Source: Mustelus asterias
Lineage: Eukaryota
NCBI RefSeq assembly: GCF_964213995.1
Contig: NW_027590847.1
Coordinates: forward strand, 124,001-159,000
Direction: 5' to 3'
DNA length: 35,000 bases
In this document: positions 21,599-32,779 of the stretch, one piece after another
How positions within the stretch are numbered: position 1 is the first letter of the stretch
How the letters are laid out: each line of letters opens with the position of its first letter
Position numbers and translations under genes: made by a program
Notes under the pieces: generated by a model
The model's input: the letters and a program-made list of their open reading frames with translations, nothing else
Told to the model about the DNA's origin: nothing
The model's database searches: none

Positions 21599-21855
21599 AG
21601 AGACTGGGGAGCTGGGTGGGCTGTGAGTGCACAGCGGAGGCTCCCCCCCCCCCCCCCAGCTAACCCACTCCCCTCCAATCTCTCTCCTCTCCCTGCCCCT
21701 CTGCCTTTGCCCTCTCTCTCTCTCTCTCTCTGTTACCATCCCTTTCTCTCTCTCTCTCTCTCTCTCCCTCCCTGATAACTCACAATCACGGGAGAAAGAT
21801 TGAAGAGAAAGAGATATAGCAGGAAAACCCACAATCACATCCCAAATCCAATGAA

Positions 21856-22306
21856 AGGGTTGACCAGGATGTTGCCTGGTATGGAGGGTATTGGCTGTGA
21901 GGATTGATTGAATAAACTGGGATTGTTCTCCCTGGAAAGACGGAGGCTGAGGGACGACCAGCTGGAAGTTTATAAAATTATGAGGGGTGTGGCGAGGATA
22001 AACAGTTGGGAGCTTTTTCCCAGGACAGAAATGATAATTACAAGGGGAACAAGTTCAAGATAAGGGGGGAAAGGTTGAGTGGAGATGTGCGGGGAAGGTT
22101 TTTACACAGAGGGTGGTGGGGGCCTGGAATGCGCTGCCAAGTGAGGTGGTTGGGGCAGATACATTAGTGACATTTAAGACTTATCTGGATAGACACATGA
22201 ACAAACGGGGTAGAGAGGGATACAGGCCATTGGTCTCGATAGGTAAACATGATCGGCGCAGGCTTGGAGGGCCAAAGGACCTGTTCCTGTGCTGTGCTGT
22301 TCTTTG
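21856..22306 (+). mobile_element. CR1 LINE 3' fragment with tail
   Basis: accaggatgttgcctggtatggaggg...ttacacagagggtggtgggggcctggaatgcgctgcca...ggagggccaaaggacctgttcctgtgctgtgctgttctttg. Confidence 0.88.
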
Positions 22307-23559
22307 TATTAAAGTGTCTGCTGCAGGTTTTATTCGACCGTCGAGTCCCATCGATTTAAACACAGGCACTGTTTGGAAAAGGAGCAAAATGCAAAAGCCT
22401 TCCTGAGGTTAGGCCTGGGATTGAGGCCTGGTCACAGAGGCTGCATTATACATCCTGGACAAAGAACAGGTTCCCCAGGCCCCGGCCAGTTCACCAGAAC
22501 AATCCCCTCCAGCCCCGAAACCTCCCGGACAGGGCCTGGGAGGAGGGAGGGGGGAAAAGGGAACCTGTGCTTCCCCCACCCCCTGTCCCCTTCCACCCTC
22601 CCCTCACACCGCACGCAGCCCCCATTACAGAATCACAGAATCCTACAGTACAGAAGGAGGCCATTCGGCCCATCAGGTCTACACCAACCACATTCCCATC
22701 CAGGCCCCATCCTCATTCCTCCATGTGACTCTCTCTGTCTCCCTGTCTCTCTCTCTCTTTGTGTGACTTTCTCTCTGTCTCTCCCGATCTCTCTCTCCCT
22801 GTCTAATATTGTTATGAAGTTGCGTATATCAGGTTAAAAATGTGGTGTTTGACAAATGTAAATATTGAAAAGAAATGCTGAGAAAACCAAAACGAACCAT
22901 CCAGCGTTGTGTCTTTAGAAAGCCTGTGTCTCTGTGCTGGGGATTTTAAACTGCAGAAAGCAGGCTGCAGAACACAACTTTACAACATTTGTGTCCAAAG
23001 CAGCAGCCAGAGTCCCAGCAGAGCAAAACAGGCTTTGAACTGGACCAATGATTTTAAAACAAGCTCTCAAACGCACACAACCAATTGCATTCAAATTGGG
23101 GCGTTGGTGACAGCCTCAAGCCACTCAAATTGCAGGAATACTGTGAGGAAATTCTGGGTATTTAAACCCGGGACAGGGGGAAATAACGGGGAGGGAGCGA
23201 CCTTGCTGCCTCTTTAGATTGAAGGGGGGAGAGTCTGATACTGAATCCTGCAGTAATATATACAGCTTCATCACATCACCATCTAAATAGAAGCAGAAAC
23301 CAACTCAGAAAGTATTCCAGACCCAAGCAGCAGAAGGAAGTTCACACTTCCAACAGACGCCTGGTTATTCGAGGGTGACTCTATTCTGTAATGATTTATT
23401 TCATTATTCCTGAGTGAGTCTTGTCCTTGGAACAGCATTCTACTGGGGAGTTCATTCAGTTTGTTCATTGTTTTAATAAGGTTGTCACCCAGTCTAAATT
23501 AAAGACCTGTTTGGTTGTTCCTGATGGAGAGAGTGTCAGATCTTGCTTTAATTTACCAA

Positions 23560-23735
23560 TTTCTCCCACAGTCCAAAGCTGTGCGGGTTGGGTGGATTGG
23601 CCGTGTTAAATTGACCCCAGTGTCAGGGGGATTAGCAGGTTAAAAGTGTGGGGTTACGGGAATAGGGCCTGGGTGGGATTGTGGTCGGTACAGACTAGAT
23701 GGGCCGAATGCCCTCCTTCTGCACTGTAGGGATTG
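23560..23735 (+). mobile_element. 3' half of an HE1-like SINE
   Basis: ctcccacagtccaaag...gggcctgggtgggattgtggtcgg...gatgggccgaatgccctccttctgcactgtaggg. Confidence 0.8.
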
Positions 23736-24314
23736 AATGTCTAAAACCAGTCGCTTCCTCCTGTCTCACACACACTTACTTAAGATTACGAGGCGAGGAG
23801 TATCCCTTTAGGGGGTTACAAAATAGCGCAGAGGGAAACATCACCTCAGAGTGGTAACAATATTTATAATCCCACAATCACACACCCACCCTCCCTTAGT
23901 CAATGAATGAATGATTCAAATGACAATGAAGGTAATTCTGCACAGCAAGATCCCACTGCCAGTCCCACAGTGGAGGAGGACACCCCCAGACTCTGTGTCT
24001 CTTTCCCCCTGCCCCTCCTGAGACCCTCTCACACCTCCCCCACCCCCTCTCTGTTTAGCTCTCCCTCCATTTCTCTATCTCTCTCTCTGCCTCCTCCGCC
24101 TCCCCAACCCTTATCCTTCCCCTCAATCTTTCCTGTTTAAAGTTCTGCTCATGGTCACAGTGCGAGGAATAGGGAGCCAGACCCACCTGTGTGCACAGCA
24201 AGATCCCACACACACACAACCTGGTGAGGGCCAGATTAAATAAATGTTGTGGGTGAGGACTGCAGGAGAGTGTGTGGGAAATGGGATCCACTCCTCTCTC
24301 TCTCTCTCTCTCTT

Positions 24315-25100
24315 CCCAAATTAAATTGACAACAATTCACATTGGTGTTTTCTTAAACATTTTATTGAAAGATGAAATATAGACAGGAATGTCTGGGGAG
24401 AGAGAGAGGGGAGGGGAGGGGTGCTGGGATTGGTAAGAACACTGGAGAGACAGAGAAATTCTATACCCCCCCCCCCCATCCAAATAGAAATTCCTGGGAA
24501 AAGAGAGAGAGAAAAGAATCTGGAGTCACACAGCACAGAAACAGGCCCTTCGGCCCACCAGCTCCATGCTGGCCATCAAATCCCAATCTATCCTCCTCCC
24601 ATTCCCCAGCACTTGCTCAAGAGCCTACGATGCCTCGGTGATTAAAGTGCTTGAATTTACCCGACCCCTTTTCAAGCTTTTTCCTTGAACCCACTTTGCG
24701 GTCCCTGAGCCAGATTTTGTTTGAAAATAAAAAGTGTGGGCGCTGTTGCTGTGCAGGCAAAGGCCACAGGCCCAGTGTGTGCACAGCAAGATCCCACAGT
24801 AGCAGCAGCAATGTGAACCTGAATCAGATGGGACACAGTCCTCCCCCCACCCCTCCCCCACTCTCTTGCCTGCTGTGAGCCCCCTTCCCCACTCACTACC
24901 CTGTGTGTGTCTGTGTGTGTGTGTCTGCATCATCCCAAATCTCCAGAAAGGCCGGAACTCCCTCTTAAAAGTAACCCATTTTAAAACTAAAATCCCTGTG
25001 GTGCACAGCAAGATCCCACAAAGTGCAGTCAGCTGTGTTGAGCATTTTTTAAATTTGGGAATTGTTTATACAGAGTGAGGGAGCCAGAGAGGGGCTGAGA
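24315..25100. repeat. Segmental duplication B, copy 2
   Basis: Colinear with 18435-19260. Confidence 0.88.
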
Positions 25101-25869
25101 CAGTGAAATCCCTCTCTCAGGACCCTCAGAATTAAACTGGAGACCCTGTCCCTCACTGAAACCCCCCCTCCCTCTAACAGCCTGTGTCTCTCCCCCTGCA
25201 TCTAACCCACAACTCCAGCTGTTTCCATCCCTCCCTCTTCCTCTCTCTCCCTGCCTCTCTGTCTCCATCTGTTTCTGCTCGAGAAGAGACAGGGAGAGAG
25301 AGAGACGGGGAGAGACAGAGATAAAGCGAGAGAGACAGATATTTGATAATTAATTGTGTATGGTCGCATGATTGAGTGTGGTTTAATTTGGTGATTTTTT
25401 TTATACAGAGAGGCAGAGAGAGAGGTGAAGACAGTGACATTCTCCCCCTGGCACCCTCGCAAGTTCAAAGACACAAAAGCTGCAGACACTCACACACACA
25501 AACTGGGTTTGGTAAGTTTCCCAATCTCTGCAGCTTCCCATGTGGCCCAGGGTTTGAATTGAAATTTAAAAGCAGCTTGGAGAGACTGCAGGATTTTTGA
25601 GTTGAGTTTCTCCCCCCCCCTCACCCTGTAAATATAAAATAGAAATTCCTGGATTAAAATATTCCCTTGGACAGAGCAGAGGGAATGTGTGAGTGGTGTG
25701 TGTGTGTGTCTGAGACCTAGGCTGGATTTGGGAATATCTGCCTGCTGAAGAGGGTCAGTGAAACCATCCTGGCTGAATATCTCATCGCTAAAGAGTCACA
25801 GAGAGAGATATCTGATCAATAAATGTGTTACTGAACCCACTCTGGATGCTCCCTCTATCTCTGTCTTTC

Positions 25870-26170
25870 TCACTAACTTCATTGCAGTGTTAATGTAAGC
25901 CTTGTGACACTAAGAAATAAACTTTAAATCTTTCAACTTTAAAAACTCTCTCTTTCTGTCTCTCTCAGTAACTGCAGCGTTAATGTAAGCCTTACTTGTG
26001 ACACGAATAAACAAACTTTAAAACTTTAAATATCCTCTGTCTCTTTCTGTCTCTTTATCTATGTCTCTGTGTGTCTCTGTCTCTCTCAGTAACTTCATTG
26101 CAGTGTTAATGTAAGCCTTACTTGTGACACTAATAATCAAACTTTAAAACTTTCAACTTTAAAACCTCTG
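25870..26170 (+). repeat. Three tandem copies of a SINE 3' tail
   Basis: aacttcattgcagtgttaatgtaagcc..ttgtgacac...aaactttaaa repeated at about 25875, 25968 and 26090. Confidence 0.8.
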
Positions 26171-27290
26171 TCTGTGTGTCTCTGTCTCAATTCAGACACT
26201 AGTTCAGTGCCAGGTTGAGAGGGGGTCAGTATTGAGCAGAGTGGGAGGCAGTTTGATACAAAGTTTGCAGAAACTGCAGCGAGTGTTTGTAAACATGTTG
26301 GGGTTGTGGAAAGGTCAGTGTGTAACAAGCTGAGGGAAGGTGTTTCCACTTCACATGTGGCTACTTTTTGACAGAGTTACCTTTGCATCTACAGGGAGCT
26401 CTGAAGCCTCATGGCTTTCTGCCTGCCTCTGTTTGAACAGTTTAATATGTTTCAGCACTGAGACCTCTGGCCCTTGTTGGGAATATCAGTCTCCCAGAAT
26501 ACCAGTATACCTGACTGCCCACCTCCCCGCCCGCCAACCCCAGCCCCCAACCCTGTGTGTGTGTTGTCCCAAGTCTGGAGACTTCCCCACAGTCCCCTGA
26601 AAGGTTTAAACTGCCTCTGAGAAAACACCCCTTTTTAAAACAAAATCCCCAGCAAGATCCCACAAGGTGCAGTCAGCTGTGTTGAGTGTTTTGTAATTTG
26701 GGAAAAGTTTATACAGAGAGAGAGAGAGAGTGAGGCAGAGAGGGGCTGAGACAGTGAAATCAAACCCCCCCGGGACACCCAGAATGAAAATTACACAGCA
26801 CAAAATCCCAGGATTGCCCCTTTCCAGGTTTTACTGAGAGATTGTCCAACTAAATATTAATTCCTGGGAAAAAGAGGGAGAGAGAGAGAATAAAGAGAGG
26901 CAGAGAGAGGAAGGAAATGGAGAGAAAAGCAGAGAGAAATAGACAGAATGGGGGAAAAGCTGTGGAGAGGATGAAATGAAAATCTGAACATCTGTAAACT
27001 GAATTGTAAAGGCCTCTGTGAATTTTATTCAACAATTAGGTTCATTGCTCTGTCTCCGACCCCTGTTATTTTAGATTTAAAGCAAACTTATAGACAGTTT
27101 CATACATAATTTACTCTGCCACCCACCAAAGGGTTAACGTGTTTGCGACTAATTGCAAAGCCGGGATATTTTAACCCCAGGGTTTCAAACTCCAGCCCCC
27201 CACACCCCACAATCAACCAGAACTGGTTCATCCGAGGAAGCGAGATTAAAATTAAACCTGGATCAGGTTAATAAAGAGACGACAACTCAC

Positions 27291-27392
27291 ATGCGGCCTA
27301 TAGAACAGGCTTCAGTCCATCCATCCTCCTCTGGAGAAAAGCCCCTTGTCCAAGGATTCCGAGTCCCGTTGCAGTCTTCAAAATTCAAATCC
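27291..27392 (-). CDS. Candidate 102-nt symmetric (phase 2-2) exon, copy A
   Basis: ttttctcttctccccag| ... |gtgagt; the only open frame gives DLNFEDCNGTRNPWTRGFSPEEDGWTEACSIGR. Confidence 0.5.
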
Positions 27393-28204
27393 CTGGGGAG
27401 AAGAGAAAATAATTAATTAAAATACAAGAAAATGTTTAAATTAAATTGCACGAGAGCCCAGGATTCCCCCTTCTCAGTTACACAATCTCTCAGTAAAATC
27501 TAAATATTAATTCTTGGGGAAAAGGGAGAGAAAATAATTAAAGTACCAGAAAATATTTAAATTAAATAGCACAAGAGCCCAGGATTCCCCTTCTCAGATT
27601 TTACTGAGAGATTGTCTAACTAGATATGAATTCTTGGGGAAAAGAGAGAGAAAATTAATTAAATACAAGAAACCATTTGAATTAAATCTCACCGAAACGC
27701 AGGATTCCCCCTTCTCAGTTACACAATCTCTCAGAAACATCAGAATGGCATGAACAGAGAGAGAGAAATCTACAAACAGAATCTCCTAAAACTGAATTCA
27801 AATATCCAGAACCCCCCAGTCCATCCCTGTCTCCCTCTCAGACTCCAGGAGCTGCTCATCTCCCTCTTTCAGTTTGGGAAGGGGCTGCTGATTCCTTCGG
27901 GACACTTTTTAAAATCGCCCTCCCGGGATTGATTTCTACAACTCCCTCCATCTCCCTTTCACTATCTCCCTCTCTTTTCTCCCTCTGCTCCTGTCTCTCT
28001 TACTCAGTGTAAAGATGGATGTTCCTGTCTGGATCCTTGTCCCTGTCCCCTCTCTTTCTCACTCGTTGTCTCTGTCCATAGCTGTTTCTTTCCCTCTCTC
28101 TCATGTACTCTGCATTGAAATGAGCGATGCCATATTCCTGTCTCCCTGTTTACAATAACACAGTTTTTGTTGATTAAAGGTTTAAAGAGACACAAAGGAA
28201 GATG

Positions 28205-28440
28205 GAGCCAGAGAGAGACATTCTGGAGAGTGATAGACAGATATGGAAGAATGCTCGAGAGAGAGAGAGAGAGAGACATTCTGGAGAGTGATGGACAGAT
28301 ATGGAAGAACGCTCGAGAGAGAGAGAGAGAGAGACATTCTGGAGAGTGATAGACAGATATGGAAGAATGCTCGAGAGGGAGAGAGAGACATTCTGGTGAG
28401 TGATGGACAGATATGGAAGAATGCTCGAGAGGGAGAGATG
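28205..28440. repeat. ~54-58-bp tandem repeat (gagagacattctggagagtgatagacagatatggaagaatgctc), 4 copies
   Basis: Direct inspection. Confidence 0.9.
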
Positions 28441-28884
28441 AATGGAAAGAAACAGGAAGGGAGAGAAAGCTGAAGATAGGGGAAAAATACTGGAGAGAGA
28501 GACAGAGAGAAAAGCAGAGCGAAATAGAATGGGGAAGAAAGTGCAGAGGGGAAGATAAATGTAAAGGCTGAACTTCAGAAAATTGAATTGTAATGTCCTC
28601 TGTGAATCTTATTTAACATTCGGGTAAATCACTCTCTCCCACCCCTGTTATTTTGGATTTGCATCAAACTTTTAGACAGTTTCATATTACAGATATTTAA
28701 TTTACTCTTTGCCACCCAGCAAAGGGTTAACCTGTTTGTGACTAATTGCAAAGCCGGGATATTTTAACCCCAGGGTTTTAAACTCCACCCCACCCCATCC
28801 CACAATCGAACCAGAACTGGTTCGTCCAAGAGAGCGAGATTACAATTAAACCTGGATCAGGGTAATAAAGAGACGACAACTCAC

Positions 28885-28986
28885 TTGAAGCCTATAGAAC
28901 AGGCCTCAGTCCATCCATCCTCCTCTGGAGAAAAGCCCCTTGTCCAAGGATTCTGAGTCACATTGCAGTCTTCAAAATTCAAATTC
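28885..28986 (-). CDS. Candidate 102-nt symmetric exon, copy B
   Basis: Same splice sites; NLNFEDCNVTQNPWTRGFSPEEDGWTEACSIGF. Confidence 0.5.
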
Positions 28987-29562
28987 CTGGGGAGAAGAGA
29001 AAATAATTAATTAAAATACAAGAAAATGTTTAGCACAAGAGCTAAGATTTCACTGAGAGATTGTCCAACTAAATATTAATTCCTTGGGAAGAGATCGAAT
29101 ATAATTAATTTAAATACAAGAAAATGTTTAAATTTAATACACAAGAGCCCAGGATTCCCCTTTCTCAGTTACACAATCTCTCAGTAAAATCTAAATGTTA
29201 ATTCTTGGGTAAAAGAGAGAGAAATATATTAAAATACCAGAAAATGTTTAAATTAAATAGCACAAGAGCCCAAGATTCCCCCTTCTCAGATTTTACTGAC
29301 AGATTGTCCAACAAAATATTATTTCCTGGGAAAAAGAGGGAGAGAGAGAGGGAATAAAAAAGAGAGACAGATAGAGGAAGGAAAGGGATGGAGAGAGAGA
29401 AAGCAGAGAGGAAATAGACAGAATGGGGGAAAAGCTGCAGAGAGGACGAAATGAAATTTTGAACTTCTGAAAACTGAATTGTAAAGGCCTCTGTGAATTT
29501 TATTCAACAATTAGGAACAGCGGTCTGTCTCCCATCCCTGTAATAAAGAGACGATGACTCAC

Positions 29563-29664
29563 ATGCGGCCTATAGAACAGGCCTCAGTCCATCCATCCTC
29601 CTCTGGAGAAAAGCCCCTTGTCCAAGGATTCCGAGTCATGTTGCAGTCTTCAAAATTCAAATTC
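29563..29664 (-). CDS. Candidate 102-nt symmetric exon, copy C
   Basis: Same splice sites; NLNFEDCNMTRNPWTRGFSPEEDGWTEACSIGR. Confidence 0.5.
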
Positions 29665-29963
29665 CTGGGGAGAAGAGAAAATAATTAATTAAAGTACAAG
29701 AAAATGTTTAAATTAAATAGCACAAGAGCCCAGGATTCCCCCTTCTAAGATTTCACTGAGAGATTGTTTAACTAAATATGAATTCCTTGGGAAGAGATAG
29801 AATGTAATTAATTTAAATACAAGAAAATGTTGAAATTAAATAGCACAAGAGACCAGGATTCCCCTTTCTCAGTTACACAATCTCTCAGTAAAATCTAAAT
29901 ATTAATTCTTGGGTAAAAGAGAGAGAAATATATTAAAATACCAGAAAATGTTTAAATTAAATA

Positions 29964-30306
29964 GCACGGTAGCACAGTGGTTAGCACTGCTGCTTCACAG
30001 CTCCAGGGACCTGGGTTCGATTCCCGGCTTGGGTCACTGTCTGTGTGGAGTTTGCACATTCTCCTCGTGCTTGCGTGGGTTTCCTCCGGGTGCTCCGGTT
30101 TCCTCCCACAGTCCAAAGATGTGCGGGTTAGGTTGATTGGCCATGCTAAAACTGCCCCTTAGTGTCCTGGGATGCGTAGATTAGAGGGATTAGCGGGTAA
30201 AATATGTAGGGATATGGGGGTAGGGCCTGGGTGGGATTGTGGTCGGTGCAGACTCGATGGGCCGAATGGCCTCTTTCTGTACTGTAGGGTTTCTATGATT
30301 TCTATG
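29964..30306 (+). mobile_element. Near full-length HE1-like SINE
   Basis: A box TAGCACAGTGG, B box GGTTCGATTCC, CR1-like tail ending (tttctatga)2. Confidence 0.9.
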
Positions 30307-30825
30307 AAGAGCCCAGGATTCCCCGTTCTCAGATTTTACTGAGAGATTGTCCAACAAAATATGACTTCCTGGGAAAAAGAGGGAGAGAGAGGGAATAAAA
30401 AAGAGAGACAGATAGAGGAAGGAAAGGGAGAGAAAGAGAGAGAGAAAGCAGAGAGAAATAGACAGAATGGCGGAAAAGCTGCAGAGAGGACACAATGAAA
30501 GTCTGAACATCTGAAAACTGAATTATAAAGGCCTCTATGAATTTTATTCAACAATTAGGAACAGCGCTCTGTCTCCCATCCCTGTTATCTTGGATTTAAA
30601 ACTAACTTTGAGACAGCTTCATATTACAGACATTTAATTTACTCTCTGCCACCCAGCAAAGGGTTAACCTGTTTCTGACTAACTGCAAAGCCGGGATATT
30701 TTAACCCCAGGGTTTCAAACTCCAGCTGCCCCCCCACACCCCACAATCGAACCAGAACTGGTTCATCCGAGGAAGCGAGATTAAAATTAAACCTGGATCA
30801 GGGGAATAAAGAGACGACAACTCAC

Positions 30826-30927
30826 TTGCGGCCTATAGAACAGGCTTCAGTCCATCCATCCTCCTCTGGAGAAAAGCCCCTTGTCCAAGGATTCCGAGTC
30901 ACATTGCAGTCTTCAAAATTCAAATTC
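30826..30927 (-). CDS. Candidate 102-nt symmetric exon, copy D
   Basis: Same splice sites; NLNFEDCNVTRNPWTRGFSPEEDGWTEACSIGR. Confidence 0.5.
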
Positions 30928-31318
30928 CTGGGGAGAAGAGAAAATAATAAATTAAAATACAAGAATTCTTTAAATTAAATAGCACAAGAGGCCAGGATTC
31001 CCCCTTCTCAGTTACACAATCTCTCAGTAAAATCTAAATATTAATTCTTGGGGAAAGAGAGAGAAAATAATTAAAATACAAGAAAATATTTAAATTACAT
31101 AGCACAGCAAAAAACCCAGGATCTCCCCTCAGTTACACAATCTCTCAGTAACACCCAAACACAACAAGTCAGTTGTAAAGCAGAGACTAAAGAGATTGAG
31201 ACAGTTCCCTCCCTGTGTGTTTCTCTCTCTCTCTCTCTATTCCACTCTCATTCAGATCTCGCTCCCTCTGATATGAAACATTAAATCTGGATCAGGTTAA
31301 TAAACAGACACAACTCAC

Positions 31319-31443
31319 TCGGGATGAAGCCTGAGCAACAGGCCTCAGTCAGCCCTCCCTCTGGAAGAAGCTCCTCTCCCTCGTCCTGGTCACAAATATT
31401 CCCGTCCTTTGGATCCTCGACACATCCCCAGTTTTCAAAATTC
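31319..31443 (-). other. Diverged 125-nt copy (E) of the exon-like module
   Basis: Pyrimidine tract plus weak GAG| acceptor and |gtgagttg donor. The homologous frame NFENWGCVEDPKDGNICDQDEGEELLPEGGLTEACCSGFIP is open but ends in phase 1. Confidence 0.4.
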
Positions 31444-32456
31444 CTCAGGAGAAAAAGAGATAAAAATTGGTTAAAAAGAGAGAGAAAAAGAGACAAGGCC
31501 ATTTTAACAATAAGACACACAACATATCACAGCGAGGAGTCCAGCATTTCCATTCAAGTCCATTCAGCATCATGTCCACACAAGCAAAGCACAGGTAAAA
31601 ACGCAGATTGAGACACACACACACACACTGAATCAGAGTGGGAATGTTTTCAGTGCAGGGGGATTATTGGTGTGGAGACTGAAGGCTCTCAGATTCACAT
31701 TTATCCTGAGTGTGCTGGATGCAAACCCCACCCTGAGTCTCTGACATGTCTGCAATGTCTGTCTCTCTATTGAGATGCTAATTCACCCCCCCTCCCCCTC
31801 TCACCCCAGAGGAGTTTGTGGCAATGTCAGACTGACTATTGATATGTTAATGCAGGGAGGCAATGGATTCTGCAATCTCCTGCCTTTAGTTTCTTTAGTT
31901 TAGTTTCAAACTTTATTTCTTTTCCCCCGTAGGTCGTGTTCGTCCATTTCAAAAGCCCCCTGACCCCCGCACAGCAGCCCCAAAAATCCTTGCAGCCGCT
32001 CCCCACAACCCAGCGAGTGGAGGGGGAATGGGGATGTGTGAGTGAGTGGATTGGGGGGATTGTGTCAGTGTGTGTCTGTCTATCCCCCCCTCTCTGCTCA
32101 CACTTCCTGCCCAGCCTGCTGAAGACAGGGAAAGAATGGGAGTTGAACAAAGCCTCCTCTCTGCCTCCATTTTCAAAGGATTTGCCCCTTTCTCACACCA
32201 GTTTTGTCCATTGAGCTGTCCCTGTCAATTGGAAAAAAGTTTTATTTATCTCGCTGTGAGATATGAAGTCACTAATTACTAAATACAGGCAAAAACATCC
32301 CATTATGAGACACGGAGGTTCAATGGGATTTTAAACTGAAATCCTCGGATGTCAATTCCTTAGGTTAAAAGTTTCTAATTCATTAATTTGAATTAAATTA
32401 AAACCGGCCAGTATATTCTCACCAGCTGCTTTCTGTTAACTCTCCCCCTTATCACC

Positions 32457-32752
32457 GGTGGTTAGCACTGCTGCCTCACAGCGCCAGGGACCCGGGTTTG
32501 ATTCCCGGCTTGGGTCACTGTCTGTGCGGAGTCTGCACGTTCTCCCCGTGTCTGCGTGGGTTTCCTCCGGGTGCTCCGGTTTCCTCCCACAGTCTGAAAG
32601 ACGTGCTGGTTAGGGTGCATTGGCCGTGCTAAATTCTCCCTCAGTGTAACCCGAACAGGCACCGGAGTGTGGTGACTCGGGGATTCTCACAGTAACTTCA
32701 TTGCAGTGTTAATGTAAACCTACTTGTGACACTCGTAAATAAACTGAAACTT
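32457..32752 (+). mobile_element. tRNA-derived SINE (same subfamily as 4320-4625)
   Basis: gtggttagcactgctgcctcacagcgccagggacccgggtttgattccc...ttcattgcagtgttaatgtaaacctacttgtgacac. Confidence 0.88.
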
Positions 32753-32779
32753 AACACTCCTGAACTCTCCCGCCAGCAC

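Larger units (their letters stand above)
20360..22340. repeat. Segmental duplication A, copy 2, carrying two later insertions
   Basis: Colinear with 16960-18320 apart from inserts at about 21461-21598 and 21856-22306. Confidence 0.88.
26800..31470. repeat. Tandem array of 0.7-1.6 kb blocks with ~120-bp AT-rich subrepeats
   Basis: The core gccacccagcaaagggttaac...cctggatcagg..aataaagagacgac and the subrepeat aaattaaatagcacaagagcccaggattcccc recur many times. Confidence 0.9.

Noticed and set aside
14100-25500. Numerous 60-235 aa ORFs in the ORF track
   Set aside because: Low-complexity CT/GA-rich or repeat-derived translations with no domain signature.
26380-26600. Possible extra minus-strand exon between AG and GT signals
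   Set aside because: Stops in the plausible frame, CA-repeat content and no supporting homology.
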